Shown: piece after piece, positions 1-14,186 of the stretch
Numbering within the stretch: the stretch's first letter is position 1
How the letters are laid out: every line of letters begins with the position of its first letter
Assembly: GCA_977030845.1 (NCBI GenBank)
Contig: OZ365110.1
Location: 45,198,001 to 45,262,000, forward strand
DNA from: Fimbriosthenelais zetlandica
Lineage: Eukaryota
Length of the DNA: 64,000 nt
Reading direction: 5' to 3'
Made by a program: the position numbers and the translations under genes
Notes under the pieces: generated by a model
Database searches by the model: none
What the model was told of the DNA's origin: nothing
The model's input: only the letters and a program-made list of their open reading frames with translations

Positions 1-2499
1 CTGAATTTCTGCGCCTGGAAATAGAAATATACAAATATAAAAACCATATGATCTATATTAACTATAATAAAGAGCAGCCCCCAGCCTGGATCCTGCCTGC
101 TCTGTTAAGACTCACGAGTGAATTAAAATCAAACCTTTCAACATAAGCCTCGCACCAGAGCTACCTTGATTGATAGAACATGTATAGGTCCTACTGACTT
201 TACTGAAGTTAAAAATCAAAGGACACCAGAGTTGTTTGTATTTTTATAATTATTTATTGTTTTCTTCAGATACGTGAAAGGCAAAATAATAAGCACAATA
301 TAGTCCATCTACGAGGCACAAGATATAGACACAAAGTAAGGCATGTATCATCAGGTTTATGTGAACAACACAATCATTGGACAGTAACAAGATAAGAATA
401 CAACACATCATGAAAATGACGGCGATTGGGAATCAAAGATGATCTGTATTAATACTAACAACATAATCCCACGCGCTCGACAAGGGCTTTTTTATGGGCT
501 AGCCTCCTCGTCTTGGTAGGGCTATAATCCGAATAACTGATAATAATAGTATTTCACAATTCACTGCTTCATATACAAAGATTTGTAGATCGTCCAATAA
601 TGGATTTAGTTAATTTTCTGGTACCGGTACATGTAGCATGCCTCTGTGTCTTAGCTCTCAGTACTTAATTAAACCGGTCTCAAGTTGTTTTGAAGAAGAC
701 ACGTGGGTTGCTGTCGACTTGCACCCTGCAAACTTATTAACATTTTGTAATGCTTGCGTCAGGCCTTTTAAGGTCTGTTAGGCTATTATTTTGGAATTAC
801 TGTTGTTATGGAGCCTATATCTAAACAAATTATGCAAATGCAAGTCTAGCCCCCCGAAGAACGTTTCTTCCCCAACTCAACTTTGATTTTCAAAGAAGTG
901 ATACACCAAATCATAGAATACTGATAATGTCTATGGGAATAATTCTGACAATGTCTGTCTATCATATGTCTCAATATACCAACATAATATTATAGAATAA
1001 TGTTCGTTAAAGAAATATGTACCTGCGTTTCTTGAAATATGTTTTAATCCATTCAGACTTCCAAACCATTAATCTTGTAACATATCAACGGGATGCAAGA
1101 ACATATTATATAACATGGTGCAAAAGAGATGGCACCTCGAGTGAAATGTAACACCCAGATAACAGGGGTTGTTTCTTGATTTGTGCTCCCCACAGTAAAT
1201 GCAATGAAACTCGGAAAATATTTAAAATTCAATATTTATGGAGCCTAAGGGATTTTGGTGCCTGGGATTGGCAGGCAAACTGTGTGTAATAAGAATTGGG
1301 TCACGCCTATATGTAACCAAGGCAACAAGGCGTAGAATGAGTGCATAGCTGGCAATCTATAGGCGTCATCAAGACAATAATTCAGCACTAGGAAAATGGA
1401 AACCACTTTCTATTACAAAAACATGTGTTCCATGATTTTCTTCTTGAGCAATTTCCGTTGTTTTTTTTATATGTATCACTCCAAAGCTTAGGATTTGTAC
1501 AATACAGCCAAATTATATGCCACTAAAAGGCTTCTTACTACAGGTACCGTACCTATCCTTGAAATATTCTCCACTGTCCGCACACTTTTCTCTTTATCAT
1601 TTCCACCAAAATTAAGATGCTTCAACTTTCATATATTTGGGTGTAGGGCAACAGTATCCACCACAGGCAAGACAGGGCGGTAGAAAGCATTGCATAATCT
1701 GCTGGTGTTACCTTGAGAAATAAGAGTAGGGTATGTCACTTGGTGAACATCATATACCGAGGAAAACATGGAGAGCCCCCCAATTATGAGCTTGGTAATT
1801 AATCCAACACAACATTTAATCAATTCAAATTGCTAACAAGTAAGGACTGCTCCACAAGTTTTCCCTTAAATTTGTAAATATTATGTTCTTTTAATTTCTA
1901 AATGAATTCCAAAACCCAAAAATTCTCGACATATCTTGTCAATTAACAATTTCAATATTACATTTTGACCCTTCTACTGACTCGTCGCCTTGTATACAGA
2001 AATCTACTTATTTTCTTTTTATAGGTTTGAACAACTCAAAAAGTAGCCTGAACGACGTCGACGGGTCTGTTTCCAATTGATTATAAATCGTAATAAACTT
2101 AGAATGGTATCTATTTTGTATGTTATTTTAGCTGCCTTCTGTTTCTAAACAGTATTTTTCTTCGCCCATCGTCAGTTTCCTGAAGCAGCATATACATGTA
2201 CACTATTATAATATGGCTTATAGTTACACCTATTATAATTCAACCAAAAATTAAGCGAGTGCAAAAATAAGAAGATTATTCCAAATTGTAACAAATGAAA
2301 TTTCATCATATAGAGTACATACATGATTGAGAAACAATATTATAATTAATAATTATGTAAGATTGGACAATGAATTTTTGTTATTATCGGGACATAAAAC
2401 ATACACCTTTCTGGATGAATCTTATATTATAAACTTGTGCTGTTGATATATGAATATCAGAAATTCCTTTAGACAAATATATAAAACATCTCCAAAAGT

Positions 2500-3560
2500 T
2501 TTAGATTTGAAAATTTCTTTCAAAATTTGAGGACAGAATTCCCATTGTATTTTGGTTCGAAGGACATGATGTGGGCAGGATAAGATTGTAAATAGCATTC
2601 ACATGTAGAATAGAAACATTTTTCTTTAATCTTGAGTTTGTATCAAAATGGCATGAATTGGGGACAGTTAGATAGACAACGGTCGGACGTTTCTCTGTGA
2701 ATATGATGTGACAATTCATATATCGATCAAAGTTCCCAATGTTTATGGAAAAGCAGATTTGACAGGAGGAAAGGAGGGTCCAACAAGTACAGGAATATTA
2801 AAAGGTAACAATGTGTGCTTGATATGATGAAAATTGACAAATATGTTTGGTATTTTTGGCATCCATGACCGTTTAATTCTAACCTCGTCCATTATAAACG
2901 ACACAAAAGATTTACTGTGGAACTTGGAAAGTGATCTGATAATTATTTTCTCAGTCGTAGCTCGCTGTCTATTCGTGAATCTGGCTTTTAATTCAGGGGA
3001 AACAGATAGATCTAAGGAATCTTTGGAGTTCAAACCACATTGTTTTCATATCAGATGAGCACATCAAGGAACAAATTACTCACAGAAGAGCTACATACTC
3101 TTCACTCTTATATTATTGTGAGCGATAATACAATATTTTTCTATAGCCAATATAAATGCTTCTCAAACATAATACTTCATGTCATAGTGGTGATAATCAT
3201 ACACGAACAGTGATCATCTTAAATTTTCAAAACCATCAAGTTTGACTCGTAATTCATCAGATTCGACATGGAAACTTTCCTTCCCAGTTATAAACTCTAA
3301 ATTTCCATTTCATTAAACCAGGGATGGCAAATGTAGTCCGGAGGAGGGGCAAAGAACGAGAGACCTTTCGATGAGAGAAAATCTTAGGCCATGAAGATGT
3401 CTGAAGGAAACTCTGGATGGTCTGGGTAATTCATAAACAGAACATTACTGATCAAGTCATAACCAGGTTAGTAAATACCAAGAATCTTATCTCTAAACTC
3501 TGCCACTCTCGTTTCGTATACCTGATGAAAGCGAAGCACTCCCCCACACAAACAAAAAGA
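2500..3560 (-). pseudogene. decayed protein-like reading, family unknown
   Basis: Stop- and frameshift-interrupted translations such as YETRVAEFRDKILGIY*PGYDLISNVLFMNYPDHPEFPSDIF and HIVTF*YSCTC look coding-derived. No confident family call. Confidence 0.2.
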
Positions 3561-5277
3561 AACACATAGTGAGTAGACCCTGTAGATTTCTGGATTATTT
3601 CGTTTAATTAAGCACCTAGGGATATTCATATATGCACAAATGGTAAGAGAACTAACTAATAAATGAGCTCAGTCTCAGACTGATAATTGGGTCATGGGTT
3701 ACCACAGCTCGTCACCTTGCAGGCCGAGTGGTGCGGACAACCATTTCCTCCCCAAGTTAATTATTGGATCCTTTACCCTTATATTCCTATATACAAAAAC
3801 CTTCAATCTCAAATGTCATTCCAAATTTCCTAAATTTCATTTCGTTGCGCATCTTTCAACAGGACACAACATGTCAGTATCTTTCTGTCATTTGCTCTAA
3901 TTTCATTCAGTTCGGACTGTCTTACTCAAACGAGTAATTAGTGGGTATAGTTCTATAGCTTACAACTGAACAGCATTTCGATCTAACCTAACTGCAGATA
4001 ATGTATCTTCAAAATTCAATCTATGCATCTATATGCATAATAAAATCGGTCATAATCCTCACTAACTCTACACTGATTACTAATCATTGCAATCAATCCA
4101 TAAATTCCTCAAGTAAGCAACATCGGGGGATCACAGGCAATACAGCTTCTACCCATCATGGCGTAGGGGAAAATAACATACTTAACATAACACAAGCATG
4201 AACCTAATACAAAAACAAAGACTCTAAATAAAACATTAAACAAACATAATCCAGTGGAAATAAAAAGATAAAAAGAAATCGGGAGGGAAACCTCGCTTTC
4301 ATTAGGTATAAATAATCTTCACATCTGAACTCCAATTTCACATTTTTTTTCTCAATAAAGTTCATTCAATTTTAAAACTCTTTTGGTATTTGTTTGTTAC
4401 GAGACATGATTGTCTCCACAAAGAGATTTTTGACCACGTCAAGTTTGTTTTCTGGTGGATAAACATTGGGACTTTCATTGACATACCGTTAATGGTATGT
4501 AATGAGTTGTGTGAGGCAGATTGAGAGAGATGAGTAATGCCTCTCATCCCCACAAGAGCACAGCAGAGGCTAGAGCCTACCTTGGTCTATCACCTAAAAA
4601 GAAAGCCCTCTTCTTTTGTTGTACAGACATGGCAACCCTTGATACATACAAAAAAAATCATGACAGCATGAATACCTTGATCTCAAGGTAAATAAAAGTG
4701 TACCAAACTGTCGCGCACCAAAATATAGTGGTTCTGCCCTTGTTATTATTATTATAAGGGGGCATTATGAAATACTATAGCAGAGCCATCTAGCATTTTA
4801 CAACCAAAATTAAGTATGCATTACCTAGCGCAAAGCAAGCAGGCCATCGCTCCCGCTCTCCTCGCCTATCGTAACAAAAATATGGCGACGGACTATATAT
4901 ATATGTACGCGTGTGTGTCACAGACAACGCACTACGTACGCACACATCTATGCACTGTGGTACGCAGTCAGTCTGTCGCATCTGAATAAAACATAATTAA
5001 CCATAAGGGGCATTTTTTCTGGGATGAATCTGACAATGTGAATATGACAATGTATAAAGCCTTGGGCTTCTGTTTGAAATGAAAAGAGGGGGAAAATAAA
5101 GAGAAAATAATACATAGAGTTCGCCTGATTCACATTGATGCCTTGGCCGTAGATCTATGCCCACTATTGGGAACATAATAGTATGTATGGTAATATAATC
5201 CAACACCACTTTGGTGTGTCACTCCCATTTTACATGCTACAGCATCTAGGTACTAGTTATCATCGGGCTCTATACAG

Positions 5278-6122
5278 ATTACCATGGAAACGCATGGCTA
5301 TTGTTTCAGTGACAACATACAGTTATATTAGTCTAAAACGACTGAGGACACTCCTCTAATTAACAATGGGGCTTTCCAGAAGCCCTATCTCTTCTCTACA
5401 AAAAATCATTCATGTTCACAAATGAGCTACTGAAACAGCTGGTCTCTATGTAAGTGGGGTGCAGGACTGGTGGGTTTCCACTCTATAACTGATGTGTCAC
5501 ACTTTTAATTTTAACCTCCTGGACAGGTACAGGTCTTGTAGTAGGAGTTCCAATTGTCTTTTCTTCTTACAGCTGCTCCTCGTGTGGTTTTCACCATACA
5601 TTCACAGACAAGATCCACATCTTGTTGTAAATTCTCAGTCCACAATGGTACGAAATACAAATCCAACCATCTTTGAGTAGATCTTTTCCCAGGCCCTTCC
5701 CACCACAGACGCCTTAGGGTGGTCATGGAGGCAACAGCTATGGTTTCCATAGCAACTGTTGGACATCTAGTTTAAAATAATTATTATAACTATTATCAAA
5801 CAAAGAAGAGTTTCTTTTGATTTTCGTGCAGATATGGCAGTTGTGACATTTCGTTTATACATGTGTGTATACATACATATATATATAATATATCATATGA
5901 ATGAAAAATGCCGTAAGCTACGTCCAGTGTACAATGATATTCTGTACGGCAAAGGGAGAAAGATTTGGTCTATGATAGTTTCGCACCTACGGTAGTTTCG
6001 TACCCTCTTGGACCAGGCTTCCTTTTCAAGAAGTCCCTCATTTTATCACTCACGTCTTCCTTGCTGTCTGAACAAAACACATACTGATTGGCATGCAGAA
6101 TTACCCTGGTTGCCATAGCAAC
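5278..6122. promoter_or_regulatory. cluster of RFX X-box motifs
   Basis: ATTACCATGGAAAC (5278), GTTTCCATAGCAAC (5743) and GTTGCCATAGCAAC (6109). Confidence 0.45.
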
Positions 6123-7140
6123 TATCACTTTTAAAAAACACATGTGACTTTCCTAGACACCTGGTACAATTCTTGGTTCCATCACGTTCGTCCATTTGTA
6201 GGATTTTTGTAATGATTTTCTTCCTTTTCCCTTACATATTATTATTTCCTTAAGTTTCTTTATCAATTTGATATACATCAATCTAAGTGGTGGACCCTTC
6301 ACATTCATTTCAATTTTCCTTTTTTGCGAGGTCCTTTTCAAGTTTATTTGATAATTTCAAATAAAAACAGATACCACCGGTTGTTAGGTTTAAAGATTTG
6401 GCCTGCAGAAGACAATGGTGCCCTCAGTTGGCAGGAAGGGTTACTTAGAGCCTAGAATGTCCATAATTCTAGATCAGGAGGGTGAGATAATGAGAACTAG
6501 GGCATGGACGACTGATAAGAATCCCCTAATTGTCATACATGTACATGGATCAGGGTGCTGCCAGGTAGAAAAGAAACCTCCCAGGCCAAATTGCTTCCTT
6601 TGTCATAATAGAAAATTCATTCCTATGCAAAACTATGCCAGGGCTCGGGTCCGGTACCGTCTCTTATCAAAAGGCAAGGGTGACATCCTGAGGGCACCCA
6701 GAAGTAATGGCAACTTTGGCAAGAGCTTCTTCTTTCTCTCTCTCTATATCTCTGTGATAACAACATGGACCTCGTGATTTGTAGGACATAAAGGACTTGC
6801 AGATGATAATATTCTAACTCGCATTCTCTCTTGATATTATTTAGTCTTTGATTGATTGTATGGACGTTGCTGTAATGGTATCTTACAAGTTATTAATACG
6901 ATAATGGACACGTCTTTCATTTCACCAAGGAAGGAAAAAATCTCACCTCCATTTTATTCTGGAGGGTTAACAATTTTTCAATTTAAGCACTCGGGTCCTT
7001 AATCCTCTTTATTTCTTGATCCTATTTTTATTATAAAAACAGGAACAAGGGGAGATACGATTGCCTCTCTTGTGTAGGACGGTGGTGATGGTAGAGGTTT
7101 TACTGGAGGTGGTGGGGACCCTGGTTCAGGTCTAGTTTTT

Positions 7141-7146
7141 TTTATT
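7141..7146 (-). terminator. candidate polyadenylation signal AATAAA of the HR96-like gene
   Basis: First AATAAA about 60 nt after the stop codon on the minus strand. Further copies lie near 7008 and 6953, and which is used is unknown. Confidence 0.35.
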
Positions 7147-7204
7147 TACGGTAACAAGTCAGAGTGGATATAGGTCTATAGATTATTAGGGTACTGGTCA
7201 CTGG

Positions 7205-7988
7205 TTATGACCGGAGGTCCAGCACTTCCTGCATGAGTGGCTGTATACCCTCCGGGTTCACCTTGAGGAGGACTTGTGAGTGTTCCTCATTCAGGTTACG
7301 AATGTCCGTCAGTTTCATGAGGAGTTTGGGGTACATGTTCCGGGCAACATGGTTAGGGTACCTGGTCTCAAGATAACGCTTGAGAAGCATGGAGTAGCGC
7401 TCCTGCTCCTGCCACACCAGGTCCTTGTTGAAGAGGTTGGGCCGGTCTGGCGAAAAGAGCGACACAATGAGCAGTAGGATGAGTGTGGGCTGGTCTGCTT
7501 CAAGATCGACCGCCAGAGATTTGACAAAGTTCATGTGGTCCTCAAAGAGGCCGCCCTCGGCGTTTCTCAGCTGCTCCATGCTCATGGCACTCGTCTCCTC
7601 TTGGTCCCCGCCCTCCAGGAAATGCTGCTTCTCTTTGTCAAAGGTGATCACCGAGCGGAGGATGAGCAGCTCGATGGAGCCACCCTTTAGTAAGGAGATC
7701 TGGTCGGCTTGTGGCAGCGCTTTGAAGGATTTCACTTTCTTGGCCATGTCGATGACTCGTCGCACGGAGATCTCGGCGATGTTCACAAGGTCGCCCATGT
7801 TACAGGCGTTGGAACGGGGCAGTTCCTTCTCCATGCTGATCTCCAGGGACTGCTGATAGGCCATCTTCAGTTCATCGATGAGTTCTATTTCCTCGTATGT
7901 GAGCTCGGTTTGTGGGGAACCAGCGGTGTCTGGAACTGTGGGAACTGTGGACGACGATGAGGAATGGTCCATCTGCTCCGGCTGGACC
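7205..7988 (-). CDS. HR96: HR96/NR1J-like nuclear receptor, last coding exon (ligand-binding domain + stop)
   Basis: The 255-aa ORF has LBD signatures ISVRRVIDMAKKVKSFKALPQADQISLLKGGSIELLILRS (helices 3-5) and a C-terminal AF2 PLMQEVLDL. The acceptor TTTAATTTCTCCAG|G at 7989/7988 needs a phase-2 upstream exon, which matches the 8343 donor. Stop TAA is at 7205-7207. Confidence 0.95.
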
Positions 7989-8342
7989 CTGGAGAAATTA
8001 AAAAATATATATAATTATATATCAATATGATGAAAGAAAGATTCTAGCACATAAGGAATTTGATTTGAATTTGGAAAAGAAACTTAAATAAAATTAATCA
8101 ATGGGACATAATTAAAATATGATTTTTTTCATATTACAATAACCCCCTATTCTAGGGTGGCCCTGTGTAATATTGAAAGGAATTTTCATATTCAAAATTA
8201 GTTGATGGGACATAGTTTACTCAATCTGTTCTATGAACAGAAACGCAGTTTTTTATATCGTGTTTGAGATTAGGGATAGCCAAAGCCATAGTAATATAGT
8301 CGAAGGAAAAATGCGGTGATGAATATAAATGATTTACGGTAC

Positions 8343-8480
8343 CTAGGTGTGGTGTAGTTGGGCCCGAATGATCCCCGTGGGACCTGGTAGTGGGGAGAAA
8401 GCCCGTTGTTGTTGGGGATGTTCTCCTGCGGAGAATCATCCATGGCCCCAGAACAGTTATTGGTCCTAAGGGGTACCGGC
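8343..8480 (-). CDS. HR96: HR96/NR1J-like nuclear receptor, hinge exon (138 nt, phase 2-2)
   Basis: Acceptor TTTGTGTCTTTCAG|G and donor AG|GTACCG. It encodes (R)PVPLRTNNCSGAMDDSPQENIPNNNGLSPHYQVPRGSFGPNYTTP(R), and its phases fit both flanking exons. Confidence 0.8.
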
Positions 8481-11400
8481 CTGAAAGACACAAACATTTC
8501 ACGAGTCATATACATGTAGAGAGATCAAGAGGCCAGCATTTTAGAGGTAGCCAATTTCTTTCCATTTAAAAATAATAAAAGCATTTTCTTTTTCACAAAT
8601 ACATATATATACGATCATCACATGCTTTGAAATGTTTATTTAGGTCAATCATTCATTAACCTCCTAGGTTGTCGATATATAATTTATTAGTTATGGACTG
8701 AAATGGAGATTGTAATTTAATTAGCTCAATTTTCTGATATTAAACAAAACAAAATGTGATAAAGTGGGACCAAACCATTAAGAAAACATAAGAAAATCAA
8801 AACATCTTTATTCGGAAGTTTATAGAGTACACGGAAATAAAAAACCATGCGAAAGTTGCAGAAGTATGAAAGTACAACTGTAACCCCTGGTCTTGTTTAA
8901 GACACGCAAGGCTGAGTTACCTTAATGTACCTTAAGGGGGCATCTCTGTGCATGTCGCTTTGATACATGATCCAGATTCAATGTCATAAGAGGACTTGTG
9001 CAAGAGGAGGCACACGAGAACGGTCGACTCAGCACTGATCAAGTTTGTCACAATTACTCAGGATCATGCACCCATTCATGACAATGCAGCCTTTCTTTGA
9101 ACATATGATAACACTTATTTGCCCTCAGATACCTTTGGTAACCCCATACTTTGTGCCCCAATAATTATGGGGAGAGATATAACTGTCTCCGCTGAGAGGT
9201 GGAGTAATTTGGCCAGTGCTCGGGGCAGGTGTACACTAATATTTCAGGGCTTGCATGAATCTTTGTGGGAAACGATCCGCTTTTCGTGAAAAATATGATA
9301 CCTCAGTAACATCATTTTGTAATGTGGTGACAAGGGTGTGCCTCGATATATTACATCCCCTGTTCTCCCGCCAATTGCAAAACTATCTTAGTTGCTCATT
9401 AGTGATAATTTCCATATAATTTAGTAATATGTAATGATACACGTATATACCTGCACCTATACATGTAATATTGTATATATGTCAATGCCTATATTATACC
9501 ACATTTAGGCATGGATGAGCATGATCCATATATAAGCGATCCTGAGCAAAATATCTTCTACCTTCGATTATGAATGAATGGCTGAATACAAAGCCCATCT
9601 ATGCCATAACAGAGCATTGGCCAACCACACACCTGTACTTCCAACATGGGAGATGATAAACGTAAAGGGAGGGAAGGCAGAGAGGAGAACGATGGGGAGG
9701 AGGGGGAGGAGGATGAGGCGCTCGCGCCAGAAAACCTAGCATTGTTCAAAGGCTCGCCTTTCAAAGGGACAGGAAGGGATTGGTGAACGCTACCGTGGCG
9801 TGTTTCCACAGCTACATGAAAAAGGCCTCATACAACAACTAGATCATCAAAGGGCTGAGCTGTGTTGATTTTCTGTGGTTGGATGTATAACACACACATT
9901 AAGCTAAAAACAATGTTATTTCCCGCCAGTCCACGCACCTTTCCATCATAGTTTCTGGTCCTTGTTTTGGAGCCAATGGCTCAGTTTGCAAATCTATTAG
10001 GAACTTGAGTCTTCCTAATTATTAAACAATTTAATCGAGCAGAAAATCCCATTCTCTTGATTAAAAATTGTAAATTTTAATTTTCACCAAATACTTGCAA
10101 GAAAGCGAGGGTCAAATGAGCTGGCCTGCTCATATTCACACAGATTTATTCTGTTACCTTGGCCGGGACAAGCCAGGAACGAAAGGAATTATTTTAGGAT
10201 GGAATTATATCTTGCCATTTTCAATCTTCGACATATATTATATTGACGGACTACTTTTATTGTATTATTATTTCCCCAATATTCCCAGCTCTGGTGGGTA
10301 TAAATTAGCCTGTTTTTTTAGTCTAGTCCAGGCTAGTTTTTTAGGAAAGCAGAACACGTCTAGCATGTGGTCAGACGGTGTGCATGAAGGAGTGGGATTT
10401 GCTCATCCATGTGAGAATTCTCCAGCCAGTTGTGTGCCTCTCCCCCTCACTCTATCATGCTATTTAACACACACTACAATGGTCATCTCTTCCACTGCAC
10501 AAATATGGCATGTGAAGGGAGCACGGTCGGTTGGACACTGGACCACATGGTCCACTGATCTCCCAGCCCAGGCTGGACTATCAAACATAGCCAAACCTAC
10601 ATACACCATCATGTTTGCTAGATAACGTGCGGCTCAAGAGTTTTTTTTTTTACTCTGGCAAGGTTCGGTGTTTTTGAAGGGGTGTTTGTGAAATGTCAAA
10701 TGAGCGAGGTTGTATGGGACTGGATGGAAGATGGAATTCACATGAATGATAATCAGTAGCCTATGTCTAAAATGTCAAGGGATAGTCCACAGCAGAAAAT
10801 ACTTCAATGAAAGATATAAAAAAGAAGGAAGGGAGGAGGGAAGCGCAAGAAAAAGAAGTGTTCAAGAAAGTATCAAAGGGATGAAAGAAACAACTAGAGA
10901 CAAGAAGGTGGGGAGAGGAAGGAGTGAAGAGGAAGGCAGGGTGGAAGGAAGGCAGGGAGGAATCTAAGGACTACTATACATGATGTTCTGGCGGAAATGC
11001 CTCAATCATATGTAATATAAACAAGATCAGGCTGTCTACATGTATAAATACACTTTATACTTCAAAGTACATAAAAGACATGTCTACCGCTATACATGAA
11101 ACATTCCTGCCCAATAACTAGCTGATAAGGGAGGACTTCATCTTGATCTAGCCTCCTCCATAACAGCCATACCCCCTACCACTACTCGTCACTAGTCACG
11201 ACTTTGATCAGGGAGAGTAGAAGGGGGGCAGGGTAATTTACCCTCTCTAATACTGAAATATAACCGGGCACTACAAAGTCTGGGCCTTGCTACTCTGACC
11301 CTTGTCCTCAGCCCTATCTTCCTCTATTCTAGGCTGATTTAATGGAAGGCTGCATTTATGATTGACCTCACATGTCCCTGGTCTACAGCAGTAAGACTTG

Positions 11401-12643
11401 AGCCAAAGCAAAGGTTTCACTCTTGTTTTTTCACTTGTTCTACGATTAAAAGGACTCGAGTACAGAACCTGAAACTTTCCAGACCATATTTCAGGGGGTA
11501 ATTGGGAGTTGTTAGTATAAAAAAGGAATTACTGGCTAATCATTAAGTTGACCCAATGATTCAGGTGATTAAAGCCAGGCTCTTAGACAACTTCTCTACA
11601 GAGAGGAGGCATTCATGGGAGCGTCCCTTCATTCTTTGAGGCGCAGAATGCCAGCAATATTCACCTCTTGTAATTTCTCCCTCAGCTTGCTCCCCGGAGC
11701 AGTCGCCGCCATTGATCGGGCGCGGTTGAGGAGGAAACCTGGCATTGCAAGATCGTTTATGGGCAAAGAGATAAATAGGCAAAGCTCCCAGTCAGTGGGT
11801 ACATATCCATCCCACCCCGAGGGACACTTCTCACTAAATATAGCTAAGCCGTGCCGATCATATTCAAGGCATCATAATCACAGTCGTGATGCCTCTCCAG
11901 ACGACACGGGCGTTATCACCATGGAAACGCTGCGCGGGAACGTTTGAGGGAAGCAGACGACATCGAGCAGTATCAGTGGAAAGGAGGGAATCCATTATTC
12001 ATACAGACGCACCGAATCCTTTGAAATTTGATGAGAGAATAAAACCTCATACAGATCAAAGCAGACGACATTTTTCAGCGCCTCTGCTGCCGCGCCGATC
12101 CTCCCCTCCTTCTACTCCTCCCTATTCTCTTCGCCGAGGGAAATGTATTTGTTTTCAGCAAGTGACTAACTTGCACAAAGGTTATCGTTACCTGGGCAAA
12201 ACCAATGTATGGACAATATCATGAGTGTCTCAGGTTCCCCAAGCATGTTCTTGAGGGAAGGGGGCGGGGGGGAGGGGGGCTCAGGGGCTGATTTACAACA
12301 CTTCAGTTCAGTCTAGAACGATTCCAGAGTATAACATTAAGCTATTATTAAAACATTGAGCTATTAGAATCTTACTTTCAGCCAAATAGGTTCTTTCATC
12401 AGAACAACTTCACCCTTATTCCAAAGAGTCACATTTAGAACTTAATACAATAAGCTAGTCATACTTTTATAATTTCCTCTAGTGCTACTTTGGAAAGATC
12501 GGATAAAGAACGCATGATAAAAATTAATATTGTTACCACTTCCGTCAAATTTTCCCATGAAAGCATAGTACTTTTCCACGAGGAATACTTACGGAGAATA
12601 ACTACGGGTGAGGGGTGGCTGTGATTGCGGCTGTGGTTGAAGG

Positions 12644-12677
<34 letters not shown>

Positions 12678-12678
12678 G
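12644..12678. repeat. (TGT)n microsatellite
   Basis: About 11-12 trinucleotide units. Confidence 0.95.
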
Positions 12679-14151
12679 CTTTTCCTTTAGTCTGTAAAAG
12701 ACCGAAAGAGAAAAAAATTTGTAATTTCCAATTTGAAAGAAGATCTAGCAACATCTCTTCATAGAGCACTCTAGAGAATATAACTGACGTTTCCTCCGAT
12801 ACTTAATTCAAGGTGAGGTCGCAGATATATTTCCACTAGTCTATATTGCTGTCTTGTTTTTTTTTAAAAATCTTATCAACTATGTTAATTTTGATAAATA
12901 CAATTATGTTAAGGGCAAACTCTGACCATTCTTTGATGCATCAAAGTTGATAATTATTTTTTTCAAATTTAAATTATCCTGAATATCTCTACATGGTAGT
13001 GTAGGTTTTCATCAATTATAGAAAACCCGTTGGCCATATAGGAATAGGTCATGGGAGAACCACTAGGTGGCAGGAGTGTCTTCAAAAGTTACCACAAACA
13101 TGTAAATCAAGAACTCTGGTGGCTATCTTGCGTATTAAGAGATTTCCATTTCTTTCTTCATTCCCAGTTCTGTACCCCTCACGGTCATGATTTTTTAAAT
13201 CCGAGTCACTATTAAGATTATCCTCAGTCATTCAAATCATGAATAAAAACTTTGAATGGAAAGACTTCGTGAATCATCGATTACACGAGGTAGTGGAGAT
13301 GACAGGAGGTGGATGGATTATGGTCCAGCACCTCACCTGTCTCTTCAAACACCACACCTGGCCAACAGATTATATGCCAAATGATCCCCCTCCCCCTCCC
13401 AGGTGTTGATGAGCCGGTCACTGGGTCAAGGTAGAGACAAGGTCCATTCCTTGGCCCGAATCATTCTATCACCTACACCTGTCAATCAGAACAACTCACA
13501 TATTTCATAACACCTCCTTAGCTTTCACTTTCCATCTCCAATCTCTAGTGCACTCATCAACTTGTCCAGCCCCCATTTGTAGGGGTCATACAAAGGCATG
13601 CTACTGTTTTACCTAAGAAGGCCTCCACAAACTATTGTCGGGTTAAATATGAACAAATTACATTAGAAATAATACGTTTAAATGCATGGGTATATTTTGA
13701 TTTAGGATACACCTTTTTCGACAGCGAGTGGCATAGTCGTTAGTTGTTTCTGAGAGCCATATTTAAGTTTTTGGGCACTTCGAGAATCGCATCCATTAGG
13801 GGGTTTCCTTCGGAATAACTGAGTTTATTAAGGGCAGAGTAGCACCCAAACAATCCATCCCTGAGGTATTCTTTTACCTGAAGTCAGCTTATTGACTTGT
13901 TAGAAGAGATACAATGGAACCATGAGGAGTTACATCTAAGGAGAATCATATAACAATGTGATTATTTCTTGTGATCCTTCCACAGAGCGTATTATTAATC
14001 AGTAATATGAATGATCCATCCCCACACCCTTCCATTGTTCAAGGCGGTTTCATTTTTCTAGCACTATTTAGCATTAAAGACTTGATGATAATCAAAAATT
14101 GTATCATAACTGGCGCCATCCTTCACTTCTGGGTACAATACATGTGAAAAT

Positions 14152-14186
14152 GGTGGCGGCGGCGGTGGCGGTGGCGGTGGCGGTGT
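14152..14186. repeat. (GGCGGT)n / GGC-rich simple repeat
   Basis: Directly visible hexamer run. Confidence 0.85.

Noticed and set aside
270-2080. Possible plus-strand exons (270-335; from 2025) with good acceptors
   Set aside because: The phases do not join into a meaningful ORF and there is no recognisable homology.
2743-3033. FIMDEVRIK as a P-element transposase DEM motif
   Set aside because: The downstream conserved P-transposase motifs are absent, so a single short match is not enough.
7280-7960. Extra ORFs overlapping the LBD exon (7280-7477, 7315-7527, 7425-7856, 7709-7960)
   Set aside because: Shadow frames of the real GC-richer coding exon.
12185-13885. Other minus-strand AG|GT juxtapositions (about 12191, 13611, 13877)
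   Set aside because: Poor pyrimidine tracts, nearby upstream AGs, and weak donors.
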